A DNA stretch of 64,000 nt from Bugula neritina (Eukaryota > Animalia > Bryozoa), in the NCBI GenBank assembly GCA_964035545.1, contig OZ037773.1:8895751-8959750 (forward strand), read 5' to 3'. Under the pieces are notes generated by a model. That model was not told the DNA's origin, made no database searches, and was given only the letters and a program-made list of their open reading frames with translations. A program made the translations under genes and the position numbers. Shown here piece by piece: positions 14,601 through 27,700 of this stretch (its first letter is position 1; every line of letters begins with the position of its first letter).

Positions 14601-17600
14601 AATCCAATAGACTGCCAATTTGTGCGAGAGGGTACTATATGTTATTGTGATAGCGCAGAGCGGCAAACGTACTAGGAATGTTATAATTAGTCACAGGAGC
14701 GTAGCTAGAACCACCATATGAAGAATTTAGAAAATTGCAGTGAAACTTGCAAAATGGTGTATGTTTTTACCAAATTGTGAAGAGCATAAACAGAATTTCA
14801 AAAAACAAAGAAAGTATATTAGAGAAAACATATCAAGGAATGTCAAGTTTCACTTTTATACTTTATAAAATGAATCCCCTGTGCTACAGCAGTGGAACAT
14901 GGAGGGTGTAAAATTTTACTTATTATGCAACAACTTTTTCAAAAAAATTTTTATTGAAAAATTAAAAAAGTATATGAAAGAGGAATGCAAGAGCTATCTT
15001 TTCATGTAAAATTTGTTAATGTGAGACAAAAACTGTTCGAGCTATCCCCTGGAAACCGTTTATATATAACATAAAGCAGTGCCTGAATCTGGAAAGTAAT
15101 GACCTTAAACCAACTGTGTAGAGTTCTATCAGAGAAAGTAAAAGTGTTCCTGAAAAAATTAAAATGGACTTACGTTTGTAGCTATAGTAGAACATCAAAC
15201 CATCTGCTCATTTCTGAGCATTTTTATTCATAGTTCTTGATATTTGAATGTTTAGCTTGCTCTGAACTTTAACAGTGCTATCATTGTTGCAGGCATGTAA
15301 TGAATATCTACGGCACTCTTTAACTGCCGATGAGTGGGAAATGACATTCTCACAGTATGACAGGTATTATGAGGCTATAAGTATTTTTTGTTATTTAAAT
15401 TAAATATCTTTAGCAAACATATATGAAAACATTGATGTTGTATTGTTTAATGTTCTTCACATGTTAAGAGAATTTGCATTTTGCTTTAAGACTTTTATAT
15501 AATGTATTTTTCCTACTAATTATAACTTACCAATAATATGTGCAAACCAATCAGCTACATTTGTAAAGTATGAGAATCAACACGAAAAATATTGAAAGCA
15601 TAGTTGGCCTGATTAAATGCAAGCTAGGTTTGCAGAGAAATGATATTTATATTGCTCATATCTCTAAAACGCTTTCTCGTTACTTGTAGCTACACTCCCT
15701 CCAAAACTTAGATGTGTTTAATTCTTCTCAATGACAATGTGTATGTGATTCTCTCCTCAAAAACAAACAGTGGCAGTTTTTGTCAAAATATGGCAAACTG
15801 AAAGTGCTAATTTTTTCTTTTCTCAACTTCAGAATCATCAGAAATATTGACAACACTGATGGAGCTAGGACAGAGGAAATAAATCTTTTAGCAAGGTAGG
15901 ATACTGGACGATCCTTAGCACACTTTCTCAGTGTAATCAGTTTTACTGATATAAATAAGCTCATTGTATGCATTCACAAGTTTCACTAATCTGAAGCCAT
16001 AATACAAGTTGTATCTTATTTTAGTGAACAGTTCAGTTTATGGAAGAAAACAAATCAATTGCTGGGAGATTCTATTGGAGTACCAAACATTGCTGACATA
16101 AAACCCAGCTACAAGGTACACTTCAAAACAGTCTTCTATAGGGGTAACGGGAGCGCAACGGGCCGAGTTTTGCAGTTTTTGCTCTCATTCGTCTGTTTTT
16201 CAAGTTACTAGTTCAATAATCTCTAGTCTTAATGCTGCATCTGTTGTCTATTACAGGTATCAGTTTATTGTTTCTATCTCTTTCACAACTTTCAGAATAA
16301 TGAAGTTTTCTTGACGAAAAAATCGGCCCATTGTGCCCCAGTACCGGGGTACAATGGGCCACTGGGTGGAACACAACAAATATATTGAAACTTTGCAGAT
16401 TTTGTTGCATCTGATTTTTATTTATTTAATATTACAAACAAATAAAATTATTCTTTCAGATCTACAGCAAAATTCATGTTTTAGCTGTACAGTTTGTGCC
16501 ACCACGGATAGCAGAGGAAGGCAAAATCAAACGAACATCACTTGGTTCTACGGTGCCATTATCATTACTGTTTAGAACTAAAAATGTTTTCTTTTACACT
16601 CCAGAAAAACTTTTAATAGAAAAAAACTTTAGTAACTTGTACTACATAAGTCTGAGTGGACTTTTTTCTATGAACTGTAGCTTATAAGGTGCATGGCTTC
16701 GGTTTGTGGCTAGAGTATGGAAGGAAGAGGGGGGAGCAAATGAGCAAATCACAATTTATTTTAGTCAAATACATCTATATTCCTTCAATGATATAAAGTA
16801 TAATAAATATCATGGCTATCTACTAGTAGCAACAGCAGAGTGTTTTGTATTATGTATAAAATAGCAAAGCTTTAACCTCACCAGATGTATATATTAAGGG
16901 AGCTTCACCTTGTAGTTTGGTAGTCTTACCATGATGTCTTTGATATTTTACAAAAAGGTCAGAAATGGCTATATCTATAGATTTTAGTAACATTTCAATC
17001 AACTTTTTGGGCAAACAAACTAATAACAGTGATCAGGGTACAATAATCAGGTGGCCCATTGTGCCCCGGTCAAGGTGGCCCATTGTGCCCTGAATGGCCA
17101 AATTTGACACAAACGTGCCTTAAGAAAAGTTTATTTTAGAGTTTGCTGTTATACTAGTTAAGTGTAATAGTATTATATTTAAAGGATTGCTCTATCTTAG
17201 TTTATTACAATCACATTATAATTATGAACTATAATCTAATGTGTATGCAAACAATTGTGACTTTGCAAAGGGATATATGCCTAGAAAACAGCTTTTCAAA
17301 ATTCCAATTTTGAGGGAGGTAAAATTTTCAGCCATGAAAAAGAATAGCCTAATACGTGACGTGTGAACGCCAGTAACTATGCTGCACGTGCTAACTATAA
17401 CGCTAGTATTCAAGGTTGCTGAGCGCAACATCAACCAATAACGCTCAAGCAGTTACAGTGCGCTATATAGGTCAGCTTTGGTGGGCCCGTAATATTGCAC
17501 AATCTGACCTAGTTTAGATCGATCGCAGGCATTCATCCTAAAGAATGCATGTTTTTGCAATGCTTTTTTCTATGTTTACAAGCAAAATATGGCCTAATGT

Positions 17601-20600
17601 TATCACATACATGTTATTAAACATGTCAAAAAACTATAGATTGAGATAATTCACATTTGCACTTCTATAAATATACAAATTACGAGCTGAAAGATCACAT
17701 CTCACAGTCATATTTCTATAGTTATTCATTTGTATAGTCACGTGACCAGCAGGAATGCTGGCGCTGTTACGTCACATTTCCCAGCTCATTTCAAAATCGG
17801 CGTTTTGGCTGTTACCAATCTACACCCTCAACTTCAACTAACTTTTTCTACCTTTGGTCAAATGCTTTTTGTCAATGCATGTTTAGAAAAACACAATAAT
17901 ATGTGTGTTTGACCTAAATGGCCATTTATTAGACAAGATAGAGCAATCCTTTAAAGTTCACTAAAATATCTTTATTTGGAAATCACAACTGATCACTACG
18001 AACACATATCTAAAACTGACAATATATACAAACAAAAAGGATAAAGAGATTTAGAACACAAAGGAACAAAGCACAACTATATTAATATTTATAAAACAGG
18101 TTACATAACTGCGTGCACATTACATTAAGCAATGTAGAGACAAGCAATGGCAACAATATCAGTAAAATCTATGCTTGTTGCTTTTGAGTGTAAAAAGTTA
18201 TAAAGCTATTTTACAAAAAGTAGGTAAAAACGGTTTTTCACTCGCCTTTTCAACACTTATGTTCCGCAAGTGTTGAAACTACAAAGGCTGAATAATTATG
18301 TCAATATCTTTTTATGAAAAAAAAAAATCGCAATTCCAAGTCAATAAGTTCTCTCACAATTTGGCCGGCTTTTTGTACTCCTATGACCGTTGTGGCCCCG
18401 TTACCCCTGTAGTGAATTTCCCAATTCACTATATTATGTGAGTCTACTTATACAAAGCTACTGCACCAGGTTGATCACGTTATTATTTACAAAGGTACAA
18501 TAAATGAACTACTACTAAATTAATTGCACGATTACATAATACTGAGCACTTTGTACGCAACTACTCTATGCCAAGTTCCAAGCTGCTCTGCCCGGCTAGC
18601 TACTTAGCTTGCTTCCACTATGAGTAGCTAGCTCCACCTGATATCAATTAACAGTCCTTCCTGATTGGCTAGTATTAGTCGTGCCACTGTCGACCATAAG
18701 ATGCATGTCGGCTGGGAGTCGATGCCTCCACAATAAGATAACATAGAGTCGACCCTTTCGATATATAAACTAGACCACTAATTGCATTACTAAATCCACT
18801 ACACCCCTACTACAGTTATTATACTATAGTGGCAGTAATACATAGCACAAGTATATAGTAGTGATATGCTATCTTATTCTTTGTACTATATTTATAGAAG
18901 AAAGATGAATATTCAACGCTAGTTGGAGAAGCTGCTAGCTACAGCAGCTCTCAACTTGAAGGTATGAGTCTAATGGAGAATCTGAAACTAAGTGAAGGAG
19001 CTGCCGGAGACAGCAGCTTTCAAAGTAAAGGTATGACTATATATGATGTATATAACATGTTAAGTAAAACTATTAAAGTGTAGTGAACTAGAAATGCTAA
19101 ATAATTCATTACTTTACATATTATATTTAACCTACAAACTTGAAATCACTTTGATTGTGTTGTTTTATACATAGTATCTTTATATATAGAGGGTTGCCTA
19201 CAGTTACTAGCTATATACATTAAACAATATGTCACTAATAACATTTGATGAAATGCTTTTTTTGATAATATTATATGTGTATTTTATGCATATCCTTCTA
19301 TTTGAGTATATAGTATTTATTTATAGAATTTGCTTCACAGCTTTATATCTATTTATAATATAATCTAGTAATATCGGTAATGTTGCAGCTGGTACAGAGC
19401 TTCAATACAGTCTAGGTGATTACTCTGTTATCTCTGGAGGTCCCTACACTGATGTAACTGATGGTGGAGGGCATAATATACTAGTTGGTAGAGAGGGAGG
19501 GTTTGATGTATTGGATACTAGTAAAGTATCTGAATCTAGCAGTAGTGTAGGAGGGAGGAGATATGAGATAGTGAAGTCTGTCAGAATAGAAGGGGTGGGT
19601 TTTGTTTGGTCAATACAGAGATATGAGAGCTGTATATATACTCTGTGTAGAGTATATGATCAGTTTCAAGTAGTAGTGTTTGATGCTAACACATATGTTG
19701 AAGTAAAGAGATGGTCTGTACCAGAGGTTGTATCACTCCTTACTAGACTAGCTGTGTGTGATGAGAAGGTCTATATGGTAGATCTCATACATAAACAGCT
19801 AACTGTATTCTCTACAGATGGTAAACACCTCACTAATATTACACATTCTAGTTTCATTGAGCCCTCTGCCCTCTCTGTATGCCCTCCACACAGTATCATC
19901 ATATGTGACTACCCAGCTAACAGAGTACATAAACTAGACACTACAACACATAACATCATATGGAGTTCTACTGCAGTGAAAAGACCTGTAGCAGTATGCT
20001 GTGACCACACACGTGGAGAAGTGTGGGTGTGGCCTTATGATACTGACTGTCTATCCATTCTAGACTCTGAGACAGGTATGCAGCTAATCGTGTTGTGTTT
20101 TTAGTTAGTGTCATTACTAACTCACAGTCTATATATAAGGTTTTAGTTCAAACAATTCTTGTGAGCTACCAGGTTTCAACTAATATTTTGTGCACTGTTT
20201 TGTGGGCTAATAATTTTGCTAAACTATGACACATGAAACAATAACAAAGAAACGTATAAAATTGTAGTTTTATAAATTCTATATATCAATATGCCACTTG
20301 AATTCGTTATAGATTTTACTAACTTAATGTTATTACAAACGTCTAATATACCTTTATATTTAAAGTCCTATGTGTTGACCTAGTTTTCTCATTAGTCTTG
20401 AAAAATTTTTCAAATGTAACAGGTAGTTTTATTCAACATTGAAAAATTTTTGAGTACTGTACCGTGTGGTAAAATTACAACTAAGTATATATTTGTATGA
20501 AATTTGTATAAGGTTTACTTTATATAAGTATAAAATAAAACGTAATATTATTAGATGGTATAAAGGGAAAATGTGGTTACAATTGGTGTGTACACTATAG

Positions 20601-21107
20601 AGTTATCTCATCACAACAGTTGGAAAACTTTATGGTAATGTCCGCTGCAGCATCTCAGCTAAACATTCTATTCATGAAATAAATCAACTTCTTGCAAATT
20701 TAACAGAGACCTAGATTCTAGAATCAAATAGAATCTTTGATTTTCTGGTGCAATTGAAAACAGAGAGGGTAACAATATAATATATGGAAAATAGAAAGGG
20801 TAACTAGATGTAATGGATATTGAGAGAAAAACTCCATGTAGTGGATAGAGAGAGGGAAACTCTATGTAATGAATTAGGAGGGTACATGAATTTGAGTTAT
20901 TTAATTTTTTCAGGTGCGAAACTTGAACTTGTAATTTAATCAATAATACATGTTGTAGGACAGCAGAGGCAGATAGTAAGGGATACTCGACCCTTGCGCC
21001 GCTTTGTAATGGAAAGTCTTCTTCCTGGTATGTGTGTTGTGGAAGGACAACTCTGGGTAGCATCTTCATCTCGTGGACTAGTAAAGATTAGAATTAACAG
21101 ACACTAA
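8651..21107 (+). CDS. Array gene copy 1: two tandem catalytically degenerate HEPN-like modules + linker + NHL-like beta-propeller (~1018 aa)
   Basis: Hand-spliced GT-AG exons with consistent phases: 8651-9433, 9799-9869, 9989-10051, 10194-10308, 10921-10975, 11388-12163, 15293-15363, 15833-15895, 16025-16115, 18898-19030, 19389-20075, 20959-21107 (3057 nt, open). Exon sizes match copy 2. Propeller motifs include LAVCDEKVYMVD...LTVFSTDG, PSALSV..IIICD..RVHKLD and PVAVCCD..GEVWV. Start codon is probable, not certain. Confidence 0.85.
10338..10680. mobile_element. PIF/Harbinger (Tourist-like) MITE in an intron
   Basis: TTA|gcctagggccacacggtgcgtatttt...aaaatacgcaccgtgtggccctaggc|TTA; ~70-bp imperfect TIRs; empty site in copy 2 (~26375). 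Confidence 0.9.
12543..15118. mobile_element. Second, inverted copy of the CACAG-terminated non-autonomous transposon, in intron 6 of copy 1
   Basis: TA|cacagttggtttaaggtca...tgaccttaaaccaactgtg|TA. Reverse complement of 4706-7268 with few differences. Confidence 0.9.
17163..18124. mobile_element. Short solo-LTR-like insertion (TGTAAT...ATTACA, 5-bp TSD TTAAG), itself interrupted
   Basis: ttaag|tgtaat...attaca|ttaag. The empty site is visible in the first MITE copy (~2720, gttaagcaatg). Confidence 0.75.
17183..17950. mobile_element. TTAA-target non-autonomous DNA transposon (Kolobok-like AGG...CCT termini)
   Basis: TTAA|aggattgctctatct ... agatagagcaatcct|TTAA. Confidence 0.8.
18408..18803. 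mobile_element. Solo LTR (TGTAGTG...CACTACA, 4-bp TSD CCCC; Gypsy-like)
   Basis: TG...CA termini with a 4-bp duplication; related copy at 35546-35899. Confidence 0.85.
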
Positions 21108-24100
21108 TGATTTTCTGTTTGCTCAGTGAAGACAAAATTCTGCATTAAGTGACTGCTATGAAACTTTTTGTCATTTAGAATAACTAGTTTAATTATTTTT
21201 CTGCTGCAGCAGAAATTCAACTAAACTATATATATTGCATTTTACATGATTTACCAATCATTTATATATTAAACGTAATAAAATAAAGACCTTTCAAAAT
21301 AGTTTTTCTATAGTTTCTGTATTTTAGAGCTTGTTTTATCAACTAATTGAACTATCAGATATTCAGTAATTCATATAGAAATATAACCTCAAATTTGATA
21401 ATAATAAACTGTATAGATATAGATATACTTACTGCATAGGATTAATATTTTATGTAAATACATAAAAATAAACTTCTACCATCCAGTGTGTGTCTAATTG
21501 TCCATAATTCACATTATATTTCATGTGTGCGTTTCATGTGCTCGTAAATTATAGTTGCATATTGTTTTGGTGTCAGGGAATCAATTTGAATCTAGACGTA
21601 GTATAGTGTAGTTTAGTTTCTAATAATAAAAACGAGAAAATTCCAAAAGTTGTAAACTTTATTTTTTAAAATATTTTATTGAGCAAAGTAATATAAAATT
21701 ATTAAAAAAAGTATAAAAAAAATAATAAGAAATATGCAAAAATAAAAATTATGCAAAGCCATAATTGATCAGAGAAAACAAAACAAGTCTTCAGTTGGAC
21801 ACAGAGATTGAGCTAACTGATTATTGCAAAAAGTCACAGGTGTTGAATACATTGAATATATATGTATTATAGTATACTGAATTGTCTCTCCTTTAATCTG
21901 AATGTGCCATGTATCTCTACATGTCAACAAAGTAGAAGTTCACTTACTCCCATATATATACTAACATCACTGTGAGAGACCTGTATAAGCTGGCTATAGC
22001 TAGACTTGTGGTCGCCTGTCACATTAAACTCAATTTTAAAATAGAAAATATCAATAATATATGCTTGTAATCTGTCAGCATCTAATAATGGCCAAGTATT
22101 CACACAACTAAAGGATATTAATTGATGAAGGATCCAACAACCCTGGTGCTTCAGATAGTCTTTTGGAGACTGTCAAGAGATTCCTGGGAAAGCAACTCCA
22201 TATGTGTAGCATAGAGGTAGTGAGATGTCCATACTTTATAAAACATTGTATTAATGGCTATATATCCCAGAGAGCATGGTATCATTTGATAGAATGTTAC
22301 TTCGACTAGTTGCATAACATTTCATGAGACTTAGCCTTTATAACTGCGCAATTTAGCATATGGTATAAGCCATGAGGTAATAATGTGTCTGCAACACGTA
22401 TGTGTGAACTGTAGCGAAATTTTATATTATTTCCTGCAGCAGATCAACTTAACATAATTTTGATTTTTAAAATTGAAGCAAATTTTTCCTTTCCCGTAAA
22501 GATGACACACTGCTTAGATTTTCAATTGACACATGATGAGTTTTTAAATGTATGAGAATAGAATTTCTATCTGGTGTATGCCCTAGTCCTTGTTTACTTA
22601 ATATATTTTATAACTCCATAAGTTAGTTGTGTGCTGTCATGGTTTTGAAAAATCAATTTTAATCTACAATTTAGATAGTAATGTTATTTAGTTTTCAACA
22701 ACAAAACTGAAACAATTTGAACAGTTGTGAACTTCATGATATATGAGTTATCTAGCAAATTTATAGATTACGAATTTCATAAGAATTGGTCAGTATGTAT
22801 TTCTGTAATGTGGGAATATAAAAACCTGTCAATTCACTACATACTTCTACTTGCATGTTTAGTATATGTAATACATTGACATACAGAGTCAAAGTGAGAA
22901 ATAGGAGTTATCAGTCCACCAACGTAATACTTGGTGGAAAAGAAATTTGTTGTGAGTTCTATGAATTTGTTTGCTTAAACTTGAGCAAAAGTTGCTCATT
23001 AAATATATATTATTATTTCAGTTGCAAATGTGTCAAAATGGTAGCATATATTTAATGAATATATAGGTAAATACAATATAATATAGTTATAATTTTTAGG
23101 TTTGTATGTGGGTATTTGTGTATGATCCAATTGGCGCATTGTAGACAGTTACGTAAACTCCAAATGATTATAGCGTGAGAATAATTATAATATGATAATG
23201 TGTATCGTTTATACAAGATACAATAATAAGAAAACTTTACATCAGTCAGAAAGCTAATACAATTGTTTACACAAGTGTTTACTGTTAGCCCAGGTAGTCT
23301 TTACTGACACCTGAGAATATTTTCCCTCGTTACCATAGGCTGGCCAGCTTCATCCTGATTGGAGAATTGGGGAGCAGTCACATCATCAGCCACGTGGTCG
23401 CCTTATGACAAACGGGGCAATATAGGAAAACGCTATGACTAGTCACCACCCATGATATATATAATATTATATATATATATCACGGGTGGTGATATATGTA
23501 TAATATATATCACCTCAAAGTTCCATGACCCATTACAATATAGGTAAATTAAAATAGCTGTTATAATATAATACTACAAGAACAATGCAGCGTAAGTGGT
23601 TATTATTTAATAGACAAAAGTATTTACTCTGGACTAATATTTATGTGTAGATCTGCAGTAGATGAAAAATACAATTAGATGACTTGTGAGTCTGTACAGG
23701 ATGTGATGTCACTGAGCAACAGGTATGTTATGGCAAACTTTCCTTTACTTTCTCAATACTTGGGAGTTGTCTTCACACACTTAAGGCACAATAAAATACA
23801 ATTTAAATGAGTCTACATAGTATAATAATGTGTTATAGCAAATTTTTTACATAAATAGAATTGAAAAGTAAATGATGTTTCTCAGCGAGTGGTTTTTAGA
23901 CACAGCCTTTACTTGTCTTAGTTTAGAGTCTGGAGAACACAGCTTTTTGTAGCAATTAATTCTGTCAAATAAATGAGAATAGTTTGTTGGCAGATTATAG
24001 AGGCGTAGAACCAAGGACATTATGGTACTGAGGCTAATCATAACTATACTTTGATTTTACTGTTTTAATATACTGGTATTATACTAAATAAAGCACTACT

Positions 24101-24708
24101 TAGCCTGAGAATATGAAGATACTGAAGCTATAATGTTAAAAAATTAGTAAGTTATTGATTTCTAATGCTGAGAGAAAGTGTATCAGAAATGCTCATTGAA
24201 TTACTGAGTAACAATTGTGTTGTTATTATTAAATTGTTTGATCATCATTCTATAGATGTTGCTGAGCTGTCTATGCAACTGCAAGTGAAAACATAAGGTG
24301 CAGCTTATATATTTGAAAAAAAACTTTATACATACATTAGGATGACAAAGCAGGGCCTTCAAAGGAGTTGATTAGCTGTAGCAGAATATAATAAGACTAG
24401 GATCAGATGTATTGATTTCATTTTGGTACCTTTTTTCAACTAATTGTGAGAGATTAATCAAAACAAAAGCAGAAGGCAGTCAATTGTTTCATAGGCATAA
24501 CAATTTGGGTCTAAAGGATCAATAAAGGGGAAAGACAATCTATATCTAAACTAGCAGATGAGTACTAGCATTCAATATCTGTCAGGTAAATAGATCTTTT
24601 GCTTGTATAACTTTCTAGAATCTGCATAAAAAACTATTTCTTTTTTGTATGACTATGTCTCACGGATTACTGTAGTTTAACTACTTTTTACATATAAACA
24701 TTGCGGCA

Positions 24709-27700
24709 ATGGCACAGGCAGTATCAGCAAGCTCTGGATCTGTGGACCTTAAAGTATGGAGTGACATACCACTCTGTGTTCTGGTTACAAGTAGAACTAC
24801 TACTCTGCTTAAACATGGCATAGCAACTCTTCTAGTGAGAAACAGTCAGTTTGATGCAGCAGACCTGTTCAACAATCTTGTGAAACTTTACCCTGATGGT
24901 TTGTCTGAAGCTGTTTTAAAAGAGATCAACATTATTGCTACTATTTTGGCAAAAGTACATTATCCAAACCTTTTGAATATCCAAGGAATTCGCCTTGACA
25001 TCTCATGGAATCATGAAAATAGAGTCCTCCAAAATATGCCAAGTTTTTCAAAGGTCCAGCTAGAGAACATTGGAGATAATCTAATACAAGAGATCAGCTC
25101 TGGTATCCAACTTCTGGAAGATGACATCATCAAATCTTCTCCAACAGTAGAGACACTGACACTTGTAGAAGAAGCTATGAAGAAATTCCAGTCTCCCACA
25201 CCAGCTGAACAGAAGGAAGCCATAGAAGGTCTAGTAGCGGGACTAGTGGCTGGTGTCCTTGATAAATCTCCACTCAGCTTGACACATCTGCTGGACATGT
25301 TCCGTGGTGAATTTCCAGAAACTGTAAATGAGTGTCTCCAGTATATAGACAGTAGTCACTCTCAAATATTGGATAATGGTGGAAAGCTTGAAGGAGATCA
25401 TGAAATACAAGAGCTTCTAGCTAAATACAAAAGATGTGTGAATTTCTTCATTGGTGATTTAAGATGCCTTCCACTCAAATCATTAGATATTGTAAGTTCC
25501 TTATATTGGAAGTCTACAACATAAGTAAATGAGACAAAAAATATAATATTATTTGCAAAGCTTATGAAGAGTTCGTTATTATTTAACTATTTACATTCTT
25601 GCAATAATTTTTTATGTTGCAAGCACCTAAAAAGATTATTTCTAAGCAGGCACTAAAAGTATTGCACCTATTGCTACCATTTTTGAAAAAAGGTATAATC
25701 ATACAACTGACCTTGACTTTGAAATTAAATTCCTCATCAGTCTACTTGTTGTTTAGATGTTTGAATTGTTTGAAAACCTTTTCTTCCATGCTGAAAGCCC
25801 GAGGTGCTATATTGTACAACTCCAACCAATTGCATATATCATTGTATTTTTCAGATCACTAAGGATCTGGTAGAGATGAGACCAACTGCTGAAGAGTTGA
25901 ACTTCATTATCACAGAATATGATGAGTAAGTGACTCAATATGTACACCAGTTTAACTCTTTCTATTCTCATACTACACAATGTAGGTATAAGTGTATAAG
26001 CTATTACTATAACACTAAAATATAATATTATATTCTGTCAGGGTGATTTCAAGAAGAAAGAGCTCTGATGAAAGAGATGCAGATAGAATCAACTTGCTAG
26101 CAAGGTAAGAGACTATGTATGCATATCCTAGTGTTTACTGTGGTGTTAGCTAACTTTATATAATTAGTCAGTTTCAAACTGTCCAAAGTTATGAAAAGTA
26201 ATATGGTGATTACTAGATTTTTTATATGTTTCCAGAGAACAGTATTCTATCTGGAGACAAGCCAACCACCATCTGGCTGGTTTATTAGATGGTAAGGAGT
26301 CTGGTGCCTTAGATGAGACTTCTGGAGACACTGAAGAGCTGCAAGAGAAGGTAACTCTATAAGTAAATCATAACTAGTAGTCTATAATCTTGATGCTGAT
26401 AATCAGTACTCTATAACACATATCATTAAGCAAACTAGGGATTTTTTGATAAGCTTTGAAATGCTTTCAACTCAAACCAAATACATTTTATGAACATGGA
26501 TAGTGTATATATCAGTTACTGAAATGAGTTATAAGAATAGCTGCATGCGTGTGCCATTGTATGAAATAGCATGCCATTAAAGCCATCTTTGAGGCTAAAA
26601 TAAATCTTATTTTATATTTTTATAGAACACTGGTTTGACTACAAAAGAAGTAAATACTTCTGCACAAAGCTCCTCTCAAAGTAAGTACAATAAACTTGTG
26701 TCTCAGTCATTTTCCTAAATTATGATTAAGTTCTAGCATTAGTACCAGAGTACTATTTATAACAGTGTATGAGATTTTCTATGAGGTTATTTTATAGCGG
26801 CCTTTTGTTAACAATTGCTCTTTACTAATGAGATATTTTATTGTACATATTATACTAACTAATACTAACAAAGTAGTAATTGCTAGTATACCCCAGTTCC
26901 ATTTTAGACATTATGTATTAGACTAAGTCAAGGCTACTCAAATCATGATTATTTTGATGCTTCTAAGACCTACAGATTGATTTTCCTTTAAATTATTTTT
27001 CTTGTGACATTATTTTATTGTGAGCAAATCATAGCTTAAATTTTTCATTACAAAGAAAGTAGTTCACTTATAAAATGCATGTTTTCATTATTAGCTTTTT
27101 TATTTCAGCTACACCAGCTCCAAAGCATCTGGGTAGTCCTCAAACAGTTCCTTCAGACATTCCGCTGTGTGTTTTGATTGTGAACAGAATTAAAACATTG
27201 TTGGTGAAAGCATTAGCTCTTCAGTTGGTTAGAAAATCAGAATACAACATAGCCGACCTTATTGATGGACTTTCTTCAGTACTTCCTGCCGATTATGGTA
27301 AAACCAGCATCAAAGAGCTCAACATCATTGCTAAAATCATATCAAAGATTCAACCTAGAGAAGCAGTAGAAGGTCAGACAACTACCGGCATCATTAAATG
27401 GGACAACATAAACAACAGATTGGAAAACGTTCCAACAGGGTTGAGAGTTCAGCTAGCAAGTCTTCCACTTGGGCCACTAAAAGTTTGTTGCTTGAACATC
27501 TCTTTATTAGAAGGCGTCATCATCCAAACTCTACCAACCGTAGAGACATTGACACTTGTAGAAGAAGCTATGAAGAAACTCCAGTCCCCCACACCGGCTG
27601 AACAGAGAGAAGCCATAGATGGTCTGGTGGCAGGACTAGTGGCTGGTGTCATTGATAAATCTCCATTCAGTTTGACACGCCTGATAGACATGTTTTGTAG

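Larger units (their letters stand above)
16141..18807. mobile_element. Second copy of the GGGGTAACGG element, carrying nested insertions
   Basis: TA|ggggtaacgggagcgcaacgggcc, colinear with 1688-3017. The right TIR is split by a solo LTR; the terminal cccc|TA is at 18804-18809. Confidence 0.85.

Noticed and set aside
22079-22216. Exon-like segment between array copies 1 and 2
   Set aside because: Stops in all three frames between the apparent splice sites, and no matching partner exons found.
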